From: an uncultured Gammaproteobacteria bacterium
GTDB taxonomy: Bacteria; Patescibacteriota; Patescibacteriia; Patescibacteriales; UBA12465
Assembly (NCBI GenBank): GCA_964608425.1
Contig: CAZSNN010000001.1
Coordinates: 1,073-65,072 of the forward strand
DNA length: 64,000 bases
Direction: 5' to 3'
Shown: in pieces, positions 17,410-26,373 of the stretch
Layout: each line of letters begins with the position of its first letter
How positions within the stretch are numbered: position 1 is the stretch's first letter
Notes under the pieces: model-generated
What the model was told of the DNA's origin: nothing
The model's input: the letters and a program-made list of their open reading frames with translations, nothing else
The model's database searches: none
Made by a program: the position numbers and the translations under genes

Positions 17410-18234
17410 TTATTTTGTCTTTTTTGTTTTAACTACCTTTTCTGAAGTTTTTTTAGCCTTGGCTGGCTTTTCCTCTTCTACCACTTCTGTTACTATTTCT
17501 TCCTTTTCATTTTTTAAAACTTCTTCAGCCTTATTCTTATTTTCAATACCTAATAAAGCATTGAATTGGTCTACTAAAATTTTTACTGACTTATTAAAAG
17601 CCTCTTCAATAGAAATGGTTCCATCAGTTTTAACTTCTAAAACTAATTTGTCCCAATTAGTCATTTTACCAACACGAACATTTTCAACCTTATAATTAAC
17701 TCCGAAAACCGGCGAAAAAACTGAATCAATTTCCATATAATCAACTTCCTTGCTTTCTTTTTTATCTTTTTCGGCTACAAAATATCCCATACCGCTAGAA
17801 ACATAAATTTCTATACTTAGATTTCCGGTAGTATCAGTGATATTTGCTAACAATAATTCTGGATTAATTATTTCAACCAAACTATTCTTTTTAATATCTT
17901 TAGCAGTTACTTGTTTTTTGCCTTGAACATTCAATTCTAGTTTAATAACCTCATCTGTTTCTGTTAAAACTTTCAATCTTAATTGCTTTAAATTTAAAAT
18001 AATATCAATAACATCTTCTTTTATTCCTGGCATTGCCATAAATTCATGTTTTGCTCCCTTGATTTTTACTCCCACCACGGCAGCTCCCGGCAAAGAAGAT
18101 AATAATACTCTACGCAAAGAATTACCAATAGTATTCCCATATCCAGGAAACAAAGGTTCAATAATAATTGAGCCCTCGTTACTATTAACGTCTTGTTTAA
18201 ACTCAATTTTTTTTGGTAAAGCAATTTTTTCCAT
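17410..18234 (-). CDS. rpoA: DNA-directed RNA polymerase subunit alpha (N-terminal domain only; Lys-rich tail instead of alpha-CTD)
   Basis: IEPLFPGYGNTIGNSLRRVLLSSLPGAAV alpha-NTD signature; 274 aa ending in KPAKAKKTSEKVVKTKKTK with no recognisable alpha-CTD helix-hairpin-helix. Confidence 0.85.
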   Translation of the reverse strand: MEKIALPKKIEFKQDVNSNEGSIIIEPLFPGYGNTIGNSLRRVLLSSLPGAAVVGVKIKGAKHEFMAMPGIKEDVIDIILNLKQLRLKVLTETDEVIKLELNVQGKKQVTAKDIKKNSLVEIINPELLLANITDTTGNLSIEIYVSSGMGYFVAEKDKKESKEVDYMEIDSVFSPVFGVNYKVENVRVGKMTNWDKLVLEVKTDGTISIEEAFNKSVKILVDQFNALLGIENKNKAEEVLKNEKEEIVTEVVEEEKPAKAKKTSEKVVKTKKTK

Positions 18235-18258
18235 ATTATTTTTTAAAATTAATAAAAA

Positions 18259-18894
18259 TTATTTTGAATAGAACTCAATAATCATGTGAGTTTTAATATT
18301 TGAAGGGATGTCCTGTTGTTTTGGCTCATGCAAAACCTTTAGAGACAATTCTTTAGCATCAACCGCTAACCAACTTTTTTGCTCTGGAGATAAATTTTTT
18401 AACTTTTCAGGTAAATCTCTGAAATATTTATTTTTTTGACAACTCTTTTTAACTTTTATAACTTGGCCAATCTTAACTTGGTAGGAAGGAATATTAACTT
18501 TTCTATCATTAACAGTAATATGACCATGATTAACTATTTGTCTAGCCTGAGTTCTAGAAGACCCTATACCAGATCTATAAATAACATTATCCAAGCGCAT
18601 TTCCAAGGCTTTTAAAAAATTATTTCCAATATCACCACCCTTATTTTGAACTTTATCAAAAGTTAACTTAAACTGATCTTCACTTAATCCGTACATTTTT
18701 CTAGCCTTTTGTTTTTCATTTAATTGCAAACCGTAATCACTAGACCTTTTTTTACCTTTAGGTCCATGAAATCCTGGAGGATAATTTCTTTTTACCATAG
18801 CACATTTTGGAGAAGAGCATCTTTCACCTTTTAAAAATAATTTTTCTCCAATGCGTCGGCATTGTTTACATTTTGAATCTAAATTTTTTCCCAT
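18259..18894 (-). CDS. rpsD: 30S ribosomal protein S4
   Basis: CKQCRRIGEKLFLKGERC...C zinc-finger N-terminus and S4 RNA-binding domain; 211 aa. Confidence 0.9.
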   Translation of the reverse strand: MGKNLDSKCKQCRRIGEKLFLKGERCSSPKCAMVKRNYPPGFHGPKGKKRSSDYGLQLNEKQKARKMYGLSEDQFKLTFDKVQNKGGDIGNNFLKALEMRLDNVIYRSGIGSSRTQARQIVNHGHITVNDRKVNIPSYQVKIGQVIKVKKSCQKNKYFRDLPEKLKNLSPEQKSWLAVDAKELSLKVLHEPKQQDIPSNIKTHMIIEFYSK

Positions 18895-18919
18895 ATTTAT
18901 ATTATTTATATTTGATTAA

Positions 18920-19528
18920 TTAAACTCGACGTGGTTTTTTTGGACGACAACCATTATGAGGAACCGAAGTAGTATCCTTGATAGTAGAAATCTCCAAACC
19001 ATTGGCATTTAAAGCTCTAATAGCAGCCTCCCTGCCTGTACCAACACCTGAAACAAAGACCCTAACTTCCTCTAATCCATATTCTTCTTTAGCTTTAAGG
19101 ACGGCAATTTTAGCAATAATTTGAGCAGCGTAAGGAGTAGCTTTTTTAGCTCCTTTAAATCCAGCAACACCAGCACTGGCCCAAGAAATAACATTACCAG
19201 TTTTATCAGTTAGAGAAATTATAGTATTGTTATAAGTTGCGCTAATATAAGCGTTGCCAGACTTTACTTTTATATTTTCCTTCTTCTTTTTTTTCTTAAT
19301 CAACTTCTTTTTACTTCTAGCCTGTTTATTCTTTTCTAATTTTTGTTTAATTTCTTCAGGCAAATCTTCGATTTCATTTTTATTTTCAGATTTTAAATCT
19401 TCGTCATCAGAAAACAAATCATCACTAGAAAACAAATCTTCGTCTTCAGTTTTTACCTCTGGAGTTTCTAGGGAATTAACCTCTGGTGATAACTCTTTTT
19501 CATTTTTGTCTTTTTTTTCTTCGGTCAT
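18920..19528 (-). CDS. rpsK: 30S ribosomal protein S11 (with roughly 80-aa acidic/Lys-rich N-terminal extension)
   Basis: C-terminal 120 aa ([12 protein letters not shown]...[12 protein letters not shown]...[14 protein letters not shown]) is canonical S11; N-terminal extension is low-complexity D/E then K-run. Confidence 0.85.
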   Translation of the reverse strand: MTEEKKDKNEKELSPEVNSLETPEVKTEDEDLFSSDDLFSDDEDLKSENKNEIEDLPEEIKQKLEKNKQARSKKKLIKKKKKKENIKVKSGNAYISATYNNTIISLTDKTGNVISWASAGVAGFKGAKKATPYAAQIIAKIAVLKAKEEYGLEEVRVFVSGVGTGREAAIRALNANGLEISTIKDTTSVPHNGCRPKKPRRV

Positions 19529-19570
19529 ATTTTATTTATTATTTGATATATATTAAAATTTAAAAACAGA

Positions 19571-19966
19571 TTAAGTCTTTTGACTACCCGCCTTACTCTT
19601 ACCTGATCCCATAGTAGATCTCTTATTACCTCTTACTGTTCGACTATTGGTTTTAGTTCTTTGTCCATGAACTGGCAAATGTCTGGTATGACAAATACCA
19701 ACTCTAGCTCCAACCTCCTTAAGTCTTTTAATATTACTAGCCACTTCTCGACGTAAATCACCTTCAGTTAAAAACTTTTTTTCAATAATATCGCGCAAAT
19801 TATTAGCTTCAGCTTCTTTTAAGTCTTTAACTCTAATAGAAGGATCAATATTAGCCATCTTTAAAATATCTTTAGAAAATTTTGGGCCAATTCCATAAAT
19901 ATAGGTTAAGGCTACCTCAATTTTTTTCTCATTAGGAATTGTTATTCCAGAAATTCTTACTGCCAT
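19571..19966 (-). CDS. rpsM: 30S ribosomal protein S13
   Basis: ARISGITIP...ALTYIYGIGP...EGDLRRE...GQRTKTNSRT motifs of S13. Confidence 0.9.
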   Translation of the reverse strand: MAVRISGITIPNEKKIEVALTYIYGIGPKFSKDILKMANIDPSIRVKDLKEAEANNLRDIIEKKFLTEGDLRREVASNIKRLKEVGARVGICHTRHLPVHGQRTKTNSRTVRGNKRSTMGSGKSKAGSQKT

Positions 19967-20002
19967 AGTTTTATTTTATATCTTAATTTAAAAAATAAAT
20001 AA

Positions 20003-20116
20003 TTAACCCTGACGCTGTTTGTGTTTAGGGGTTTTACAAATTACATAAACTCGCCCTTTACGACGAACTATCTTACAGTCTTTACAAATTTTTTTTGCAC
20101 TAGCTCTAACTTTCAT
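20003..20116 (-). CDS. rpmJ: 50S ribosomal protein L36
   Basis: Not in the ORF track (too short). Manual translation of the minus strand gives [37 protein letters not shown], the canonical L36 zinc-ribbon sequence, lying between rpsM and infA as expected. Confidence 0.8.
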   Translation of the reverse strand: MKVRASAKKICKDCKIVRRKGRVYVICKTPKHKQRQG

Positions 20117-20198
20117 AAATATTTGAAACAGTTAAAAAAGTATTTTAATCTGCTTTTCTTAATTACCAAATAAAAAACATTTTATCAAAAGAGGAAAA

Positions 20199-20438
20199 TT
20201 AAAGACGGAAAACTATTCTGCCTTTACTTAGATCATAGGGACTCATTTGGACTCTAACTTTATCTCCTGGCAATAATCTAATTTTGTTCATCCTCATCTT
20301 ACCAGATAGATGTCCTAGTATTTCATGACCATTCTCTAATTTTATTTTAAAATTAGCCGCTGGCATTAACTCTAAAATTTCTCCTTTTAACTCAATGAAA
20401 TCTTTAGAATCTATTGTTGGATTATTTTGATTGTCCAT
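20199..20438 (-). CDS. infA: Translation initiation factor IF-1
   Basis: [57 protein letters not shown] matches the IF-1 S1-like fold; start trimmed to the internal ATG (MDNQ), the track ORF extending to 20477. Confidence 0.8.
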   Translation of the reverse strand: MDNQNNPTIDSKDFIELKGEILELMPAANFKIKLENGHEILGHLSGKMRMNKIRLLPGDKVRVQMSPYDLSKGRIVFRL

Positions 20439-20535
20439 TAACACAAAAAATCTTGACAAAGAAAACTTCTTTATCAAAATCCCTTAAAAATACAAAAATT
20501 AATATTTTAAAAATATTTATAAAGCAATTATATAT

Positions 20536-22413
20536 TTATTTACTATTATTGTCAAGAGGCATTAAAACGGCCTTAATTCTTCTAACTCCGGAACTAGAAC
20601 TCTCTTCTTTTTGTATTTTAAAAATACCCAAATTTTTTAAACTTTCTACATGAGGACCTCCACAAATTTCTTTAGAAAAATCTCCTACCGTATAAACCTT
20701 AACTTTTTCTCCATATTTTGATTCAAAGATTCCAGTTGCTCCCATATTTTTAGCCTCTTCTAATGTCATCTCTCGACAATCAACCTGATATTCACTAGAT
20801 ATGATATTGTTAACCATATCTTCTACTTCTTTTTTTTGTTCATCAGTCATCTTTTCAGGATGAGAAAAGTCAAAACGCAATCTCTCAGCAGTAATATTAC
20901 TTCCCCGTTGTTCGACATGCGAACCTAAAACTCTCCTTAAAGACTCTAGCAATAAATGAGCTGCGGTATGTAATTTAGTGGTAGCTTCACTTTGATCGGC
21001 TAGTCCCCCCTTAAATTTCCCAGAGCTAGCGGTTTTAGACAACTCTTGATGACGAATAAATTCTTTTTGGTATTCTTCTTTAAAATTTGGAGTTTTTTTA
21101 ATTCCTTTTTCTAAAATTATTTCCTCAGTCATCTCCAAGGGGTAACCATGTGACTGGAATAAATCAAAAGCCATTTGTCCATTAATACCAACCGGGGAGT
21201 TTGCTAAGGAAGTTAGAATTTTTTCGCCTCTTTCGATCATTTTAGAAAATTTTTGCTCTTCCTCCGACAAACTCTTCAAAATAAAATCTTTATTTCTGGT
21301 CAATTCTTGATAATCTTCTTGATAAAAATCAACAATCATTTTAGCGGCCTCTAAAATAAACCCATCTTGAACAATGCCCAATTGACGAGCTGAACGCAAA
21401 GCTCTTCTAATTAAACGTCTAATTATATAACCCTGATCTGTATTTGAAGGATTCATTTTTTTATCATCTCCTAATAAAAAAACAGAAGATTTGATATGAT
21501 CGGAAATTACTTCAAAATATTTTTTATTATCTTCATACTTTTTGTTAGACAATTCCTCTATTTTTAAAATAACATTATACAGAGAATCAATTTTAAAAAT
21601 ATTATCTACATCATTAACGGCCATAACAATTCTTTCTAATCCACCACCGAAATCAACATTTTTATTTTTTAATTCCTCCCAACCATTAGAGCTTTTTTGA
21701 TATTGCATAAAAACTGAATTCCCAATTTCAACAAATCGACCACAATCACAATTGACGTGGCAATGAGGACCAAACTTTAAATCGTGTTCTTTACCCGTAT
21801 CATAAAAGGTTTCGCTATCCGGACCGCCCAACTCCCCTACAGCGTCACCTCTTTGCCACCAATTCTTATCACGATAAGCAAATATTTTTTGTTTAGAAAA
21901 ATCTATTTTCTGGCCCGATCCATTATCACCTTTATTAATAGTTTCTGGGCCCTCTTCGACTACAACACCATATTTGGCATATATATCCTTTAAAATACCA
22001 ATAGCTTCGTTATCCTTTTCTATTTTCAAACCATCACCCACGTAAATTGTTTGATAAATTCTATTTATATCCAGGCCCAATTCTTCAATCAAGAATTCAT
22101 ACCACCAATTGAGCTGATCTTTTTTAAAATAATCACCCAAGCTCCAATTTCCTAACATTTCAAAAAAAGTATTATGGCGACCGTCTCCAACATCGTCAAT
22201 ATCCTCGCTGCGGAAACATTTTTGACTATTTGTTAAGCGAATTCCAGCTGGATGTTTCTCTCCCAATAGATAAGGAACTAGTGGAGACATTCCAGCATTT
22301 ACAAACAATATTGTAGAATCATTTTCTGGAATTAAAGAAGCACTAGAGATTATACTATGCCCCTTACTCTTAAAAAAATCTAAATATTTTTGTCGTATTT
22401 CTCTAGTAGTCAT
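20536..22413 (-). CDS. alaS: Alanyl-tRNA synthetase (catalytic + tRNA-recognition + editing domains; no C-Ala domain)
   Basis: TTREIRQKYLDFFKSKGH...FRSEDID...WSLGDYFK class II AlaRS N-terminus; editing-domain HTAAHLL and CGGPHV zinc motifs. Only about 625 aa. The start is placed at MTTREI, with the track ORF extending to 22461. Confidence 0.8.
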   Translation of the reverse strand: MTTREIRQKYLDFFKSKGHSIISSASLIPENDSTILFVNAGMSPLVPYLLGEKHPAGIRLTNSQKCFRSEDIDDVGDGRHNTFFEMLGNWSLGDYFKKDQLNWWYEFLIEELGLDINRIYQTIYVGDGLKIEKDNEAIGILKDIYAKYGVVVEEGPETINKGDNGSGQKIDFSKQKIFAYRDKNWWQRGDAVGELGGPDSETFYDTGKEHDLKFGPHCHVNCDCGRFVEIGNSVFMQYQKSSNGWEELKNKNVDFGGGLERIVMAVNDVDNIFKIDSLYNVILKIEELSNKKYEDNKKYFEVISDHIKSSVFLLGDDKKMNPSNTDQGYIIRRLIRRALRSARQLGIVQDGFILEAAKMIVDFYQEDYQELTRNKDFILKSLSEEEQKFSKMIERGEKILTSLANSPVGINGQMAFDLFQSHGYPLEMTEEIILEKGIKKTPNFKEEYQKEFIRHQELSKTASSGKFKGGLADQSEATTKLHTAAHLLLESLRRVLGSHVEQRGSNITAERLRFDFSHPEKMTDEQKKEVEDMVNNIISSEYQVDCREMTLEEAKNMGATGIFESKYGEKVKVYTVGDFSKEICGGPHVESLKNLGIFKIQKEESSSSGVRRIKAVLMPLDNNSK

Positions 22414-22429
22414 AAAAAATAAAATAAGT

Positions 22430-23446
22430 TTATAAAATATTAACCTCTTCCTCAAGTTCAATCTTAAAATTCTCTTTAACTTCCGATTTAATTTGCTTAA
22501 CTAATTCCAAGACATCCCTTTGAGTTGCCCCTCCATGATTTACAATTATTAAAGCCTGCTTTTCATAAACACCCACTGCACCAAATCTTCTTCCCTTAAA
22601 ACCACATTTCTCAATCAACCAGCCAGCTGGAATTTTTATTTCACTATTATTTACAAAATATTTCAAATCAGAATACTGGCTCTTTAACTCTTCAAATAAA
22701 TCAGTTTTAATAATAGGATTTTTAAAGAAAGAACCGGCACTAGGTAAAATAGCTGGATTAGGAAGTTTTTGATCCCTAATTTCCCTAATAATTTCAGTCA
22801 ATTGTTTTAAACTTGGCTTAATTAAATCTTTTTCCTCTAAAACCTTTTTTATATCAGGATAATCTAATTTTAATTCTCCACTTCGTTTTAATTTTACCTC
22901 CACCCAAAGAATAAAATATTTTCCCTTTAATTTATTCTTAAAGATACTATCTCGATAACCAAATTGACAATCTTTTAAATTAAAATATTCCTCTTTACCA
23001 GTTTCTAAATTAATAGCTGCTAAATTATAAAAAACATCTTTTAGCTCCACTCCATAAGCTCCAATATTTTGTACCGGAGAAGCCCCGACTGTTCCTGGGA
23101 TATAAAAAGTGTTTTCCAATCCATATAGATTCTTTTCAATAGCAAAATAAACCAATCTTGACCATGGCTCTCCACTGTGAGAGCGAACAATAACCTCTTG
23201 TTCATTTTCTGAAATAATTTCCATGCCTTTTATCTCGTTTTTCAAAACTAAACCAGGAAAATTTTGATCAGAAAATAAAATATTGGAACCACCACCTAAA
23301 ACAAAAATATTTTTTCCATTTTTGTTAGCCCAAGCCAAAGCTTCTAATAATTCAACCTTATTTTCAATCACTGCAAAGAAATCAGCCTGACCTCCAATTT
23401 TAAAAGTTGAATAATTATTTAATTTTATATTTTTTAAAATTTTCAT
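22430..23446 (-). CDS. murB: UDP-N-acetylenolpyruvoylglucosamine reductase
   Basis: FKIGGQADFF...NIFVLGGGSNILF FAD-binding motif and the C-terminal MurB domain; lies in the dcw context. Confidence 0.8.
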   Translation of the reverse strand: MKILKNIKLNNYSTFKIGGQADFFAVIENKVELLEALAWANKNGKNIFVLGGGSNILFSDQNFPGLVLKNEIKGMEIISENEQEVIVRSHSGEPWSRLVYFAIEKNLYGLENTFYIPGTVGASPVQNIGAYGVELKDVFYNLAAINLETGKEEYFNLKDCQFGYRDSIFKNKLKGKYFILWVEVKLKRSGELKLDYPDIKKVLEEKDLIKPSLKQLTEIIREIRDQKLPNPAILPSAGSFFKNPIIKTDLFEELKSQYSDLKYFVNNSEIKIPAGWLIEKCGFKGRRFGAVGVYEKQALIIVNHGGATQRDVLELVKQIKSEVKENFKIELEEEVNIL

Positions 23447-23466
23447 TTTTAGAAAATAATACTTTA

Positions 23467-24891
23467 TTAAGATTTTATATTAAGCCAATTATAGGCGACC
23501 TTAAAAACATCTCCCGCTCCCAAGAATAAAACAACATCTCCCGGACCAACCTTATTTGGCAATTCTTTTTCAGCTACTTTTATATTTTTTAAATAGGCTA
23601 CCTTTTGTTGATTATTTAAATTTTTATTATATTGCCTAATTTTCTTTATTAAATCAAGACTAGAAATATTATCCTTCTTTTCTCGAGCTGAGGAATATAT
23701 TTCTATTAAATACAAGTCATCACTTAAAACAAAACTCTTAGAAAAATCATCCAGCAAAAATTTAGTTCGGCTAAAAGTGTGAGGATGAAAAACGGTAATA
23801 ATTTTTTTATCTGGATACTTCTGTTTAACAGCCTCTAAGGAAGCCTTAATTTCGCTAGGATGATGAGCATAATCATCTATAATAATAGCTCCTCTATATT
23901 CACCCAAAACATCAAATCTTCTAGCCGCCCCAGTGAAAGAAGCTAAGGCCTTTTTAATTTTTTCGATAGGAACGCCTAATTCCAAAGAAGTGCTAATCAC
24001 CGCCAAAGCATTCAAAATATTATGACGACCTGGCAAAAAAATCTTAAATTCCCCTATCATTTTTTGTCCGCAAAAAAGACTAAAAAATTGATAGCCCCCT
24101 CTAGTCTGACAATTTCTGGCCTGATATATTTTTTTATATTTAATCTTTTTATTTAAAATCGATTTATCAATATAATAACCAATAATTCTGCCTGAACATT
24201 TTTGTAGGATCTGTGAAGATTTTTTATCCTCCATATTAGTAATTAAAAAACCTGATTTAGGAATCTTTTTAATAAACTCGGAAAAAACCTTAATATAAGC
24301 CTGATCATTTTTAAAATAATCGGGATGATCAAAATCAATATTATTCAAAATAATAGCCTTAGGATTAAAATACTTTAATTTATTTTGATATTCATCTGAT
24401 TCCGCTAAAAAATACTTAGATTTTCCAACCAAAGCGCTACCCTTAAATTGCTTAACGTAAGAACCTGTCAAAACATTAGGCGATATTTTGCTTTTATGTA
24501 AAACATAACCCAACCACGAAGTAACTGTTGTTTTACCATGACTACCACAAACCGAAATTCCAAAATAATTATCAAATAAAAATCCTAGAGCTTCGGCGTA
24601 AGAATAAGTCGGAACATTCTTGTCTGCAAAATATTTCATTTCAATATTATTATCCAAGGTAAAGGCCGAAGAATGAATAATCACATCAATTTTATTAGGA
24701 AAATCTCTTAAAGAAAATCCTTGTTTAACTCTAATCTTAGAATTAAACAAAGTCTTATCAGTTGGAAACATATCAGAAACATCTGATCCGCTAATCATAG
24801 CCCCTCGGCCCCTAAGGAATTGAGCTAACATGGCCATCCCCACGCCCTTAATTCCAATCATATAAATATTTTTTTTATCTCCAAAATTCAT
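23467..24891 (-). CDS. murC: UDP-N-acetylmuramate--L-alanine ligase
   Basis: IYMIGIKGVGMAMLAQFL Rossmann N-terminus, GSHGKTT P-loop and the Mur ligase C-terminal domain; 474 aa. Confidence 0.85.
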   Translation of the reverse strand: MNFGDKKNIYMIGIKGVGMAMLAQFLRGRGAMISGSDVSDMFPTDKTLFNSKIRVKQGFSLRDFPNKIDVIIHSSAFTLDNNIEMKYFADKNVPTYSYAEALGFLFDNYFGISVCGSHGKTTVTSWLGYVLHKSKISPNVLTGSYVKQFKGSALVGKSKYFLAESDEYQNKLKYFNPKAIILNNIDFDHPDYFKNDQAYIKVFSEFIKKIPKSGFLITNMEDKKSSQILQKCSGRIIGYYIDKSILNKKIKYKKIYQARNCQTRGGYQFFSLFCGQKMIGEFKIFLPGRHNILNALAVISTSLELGVPIEKIKKALASFTGAARRFDVLGEYRGAIIIDDYAHHPSEIKASLEAVKQKYPDKKIITVFHPHTFSRTKFLLDDFSKSFVLSDDLYLIEIYSSAREKKDNISSLDLIKKIRQYNKNLNNQQKVAYLKNIKVAEKELPNKVGPGDVVLFLGAGDVFKVAYNWLNIKS

Positions 24892-24987
24892 TTTTTTAGT
24901 ATTGTTTTACTTTACAGTAAAATAATTATATCATATAATAAAAATATAGTAAAAATATTTAAAAAAAACAACCAAGTCTAAAAATCG

Positions 24988-25016
24988 TTGACAAAAATCA
25001 TCAAAAATGTTATAAT
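24988..25016 (+). promoter_or_regulatory. Consensus sigma-70 promoter with extended -10 (TTGACA - 17 bp - TGTTATAAT)
   Basis: TTGACA at 24988-24993, a 17-nt spacer, TATAAT at 25011-25016 preceded by TGT (extended -10); about 35 bp upstream of the ATG at 25051. Confidence 0.55.
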
Positions 25017-25050
25017 ATACTTGTATTTTAATAATAAATTAATAAATAAT

Positions 25051-26367
25051 ATGGAAGAAATAAAACAACAAAAAATGTCCGAAAAGATTGAAAAAGATAC
25101 TAAAATTGTAGCGGAAGATACTCTATCACAAGAAGAAAAAAAAGATCGATTAGATAAAGAAATTCCTGGTAAGCTTAATTTTAGAGAAGCCACCAATGAA
25201 GAAAGAGAAAAATTAAATGATAGAGTTCCCACCCCCCAAAAAGAAGCACTTAAGATATGTGCTAGAATTTTTAATAAAGAATGTCTTCATCCTTGGTACA
25301 CAATTGGTTCTATTGCTTTTTTAATTAATGCCAATGAAAGTAAAAAACAGCCAGATGATATTGATATAATATTTCATGAAAAAGATTTTTCAAAAATAAA
25401 GGAAGAATTCACCAAATTAGGATTTGAGAGCGGAATATCTCAAAATACTGGATGTCCATATGTTAAGGGCAAAATAAAAGTTTTAACTAAAAACGAACAA
25501 GGAATAGAAGAGACCAAAGAAATTGAAATGGAGGCTTTTGGACAAAAAACTGATACTCCTAATGGACTAATTAATCCAGGAGCAGTTAACACTGATTATA
25601 ATATTATTAAAAACTCTCTTTCGGAGGATTCATTAGAAGATTTCAATATCTTAGACAGAGAGGGTCAAATAGAATTATATTTTAAAAATCTAACAGAAGA
25701 GATAAAACATTTTAATTTCGAAGCTTCTCTGGAAAATTACGAAAAATTTGGCGAAGAATATTATTCTAAAGATAAAGCTGGAAAATTTATCAATCGCCTA
25801 GCTAATCTTTTTGAACTAAACAACAATAATGCTAGGGAGATTATTTTTAAGGCTGGAAGAATTAGTGTTAATGACCTAGAAAAAAGAAAACTATTAAAAG
25901 AGTTTTTAAACATATCAAATAGTTTTTCGGAAAATATTAAATTAGGAGATTTTGATAATTTTGAAAATGATACCAGAGAAGGTAAAAAAATTGAAAAAGA
26001 TGTTTTAGAAGTTTTAGATAGCGAAGACATTCAGGACTCGGTAGAAAAACTAAAAAAAACCATCAATTCAGAGATAAAAAATTTAATATCCACCTATAAA
26101 AATATAGAAAAAGAAATAAAAGAAACTGATGAAAACAACGATCTCAAAGAAAACCTTTACAACAAAATAAATAGTATAATTCAAGAAAAAGAAAAAATCG
26201 CCAAAATTCTTTTAAGCGATTACAAAAATATCGATATCTCTAAAAACAATTACAAAAATCTAGCTCCCTATATTTTTTCAGTAAAATTTATTCAAAATTA
26301 TTTGCACCCCTTCACTAAGAAGATAGAAAAATTTAAAGAAGAATTAGCTAAAGAACTAGCAGCTTAA
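25051..26367 (+). CDS. Pol-beta-superfamily nucleotidyltransferase-like protein with long K/E-rich coiled-coil C-terminus (hypothetical)
   Basis: GS-x14-DDIDII motif (TIGSIAFLINANESKKQPDDIDIIF), that is hG[GS]...[DE]h[DE]h of minimal NTases; rest is charged low-complexity. Start set at ATG 25051 downstream of a consensus promoter; the track ORF (from 24988) includes the promoter itself. Confidence 0.5.
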   Translation: MEEIKQQKMSEKIEKDTKIVAEDTLSQEEKKDRLDKEIPGKLNFREATNEEREKLNDRVPTPQKEALKICARIFNKECLHPWYTIGSIAFLINANESKKQPDDIDIIFHEKDFSKIKEEFTKLGFESGISQNTGCPYVKGKIKVLTKNEQGIEETKEIEMEAFGQKTDTPNGLINPGAVNTDYNIIKNSLSEDSLEDFNILDREGQIELYFKNLTEEIKHFNFEASLENYEKFGEEYYSKDKAGKFINRLANLFELNNNNAREIIFKAGRISVNDLEKRKLLKEFLNISNSFSENIKLGDFDNFENDTREGKKIEKDVLEVLDSEDIQDSVEKLKKTINSEIKNLISTYKNIEKEIKETDENNDLKENLYNKINSIIQEKEKIAKILLSDYKNIDISKNNYKNLAPYIFSVKFIQNYLHPFTKKIEKFKEELAKELAA

Positions 26368-26373
26368 TAAAGA

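Noticed and set aside
24978-25232. 84-aa minus-strand ORF overlapping the start of the nucleotidyltransferase gene
   Set aside because: It runs antisense to a clearly coding plus-strand gene and across its consensus promoter. It has S/L-rich low-complexity translation and no conservation signal.
25761-26030. 89-aa minus-strand ORF inside the NTase gene, and other internal antisense ORFs (e.g. 43626-43943 in prfA, 47444-47851 in mreB, 56781-56963 in mreB)
   Set aside because: They are antisense to well-supported genes and of biased composition, so are considered spurious.
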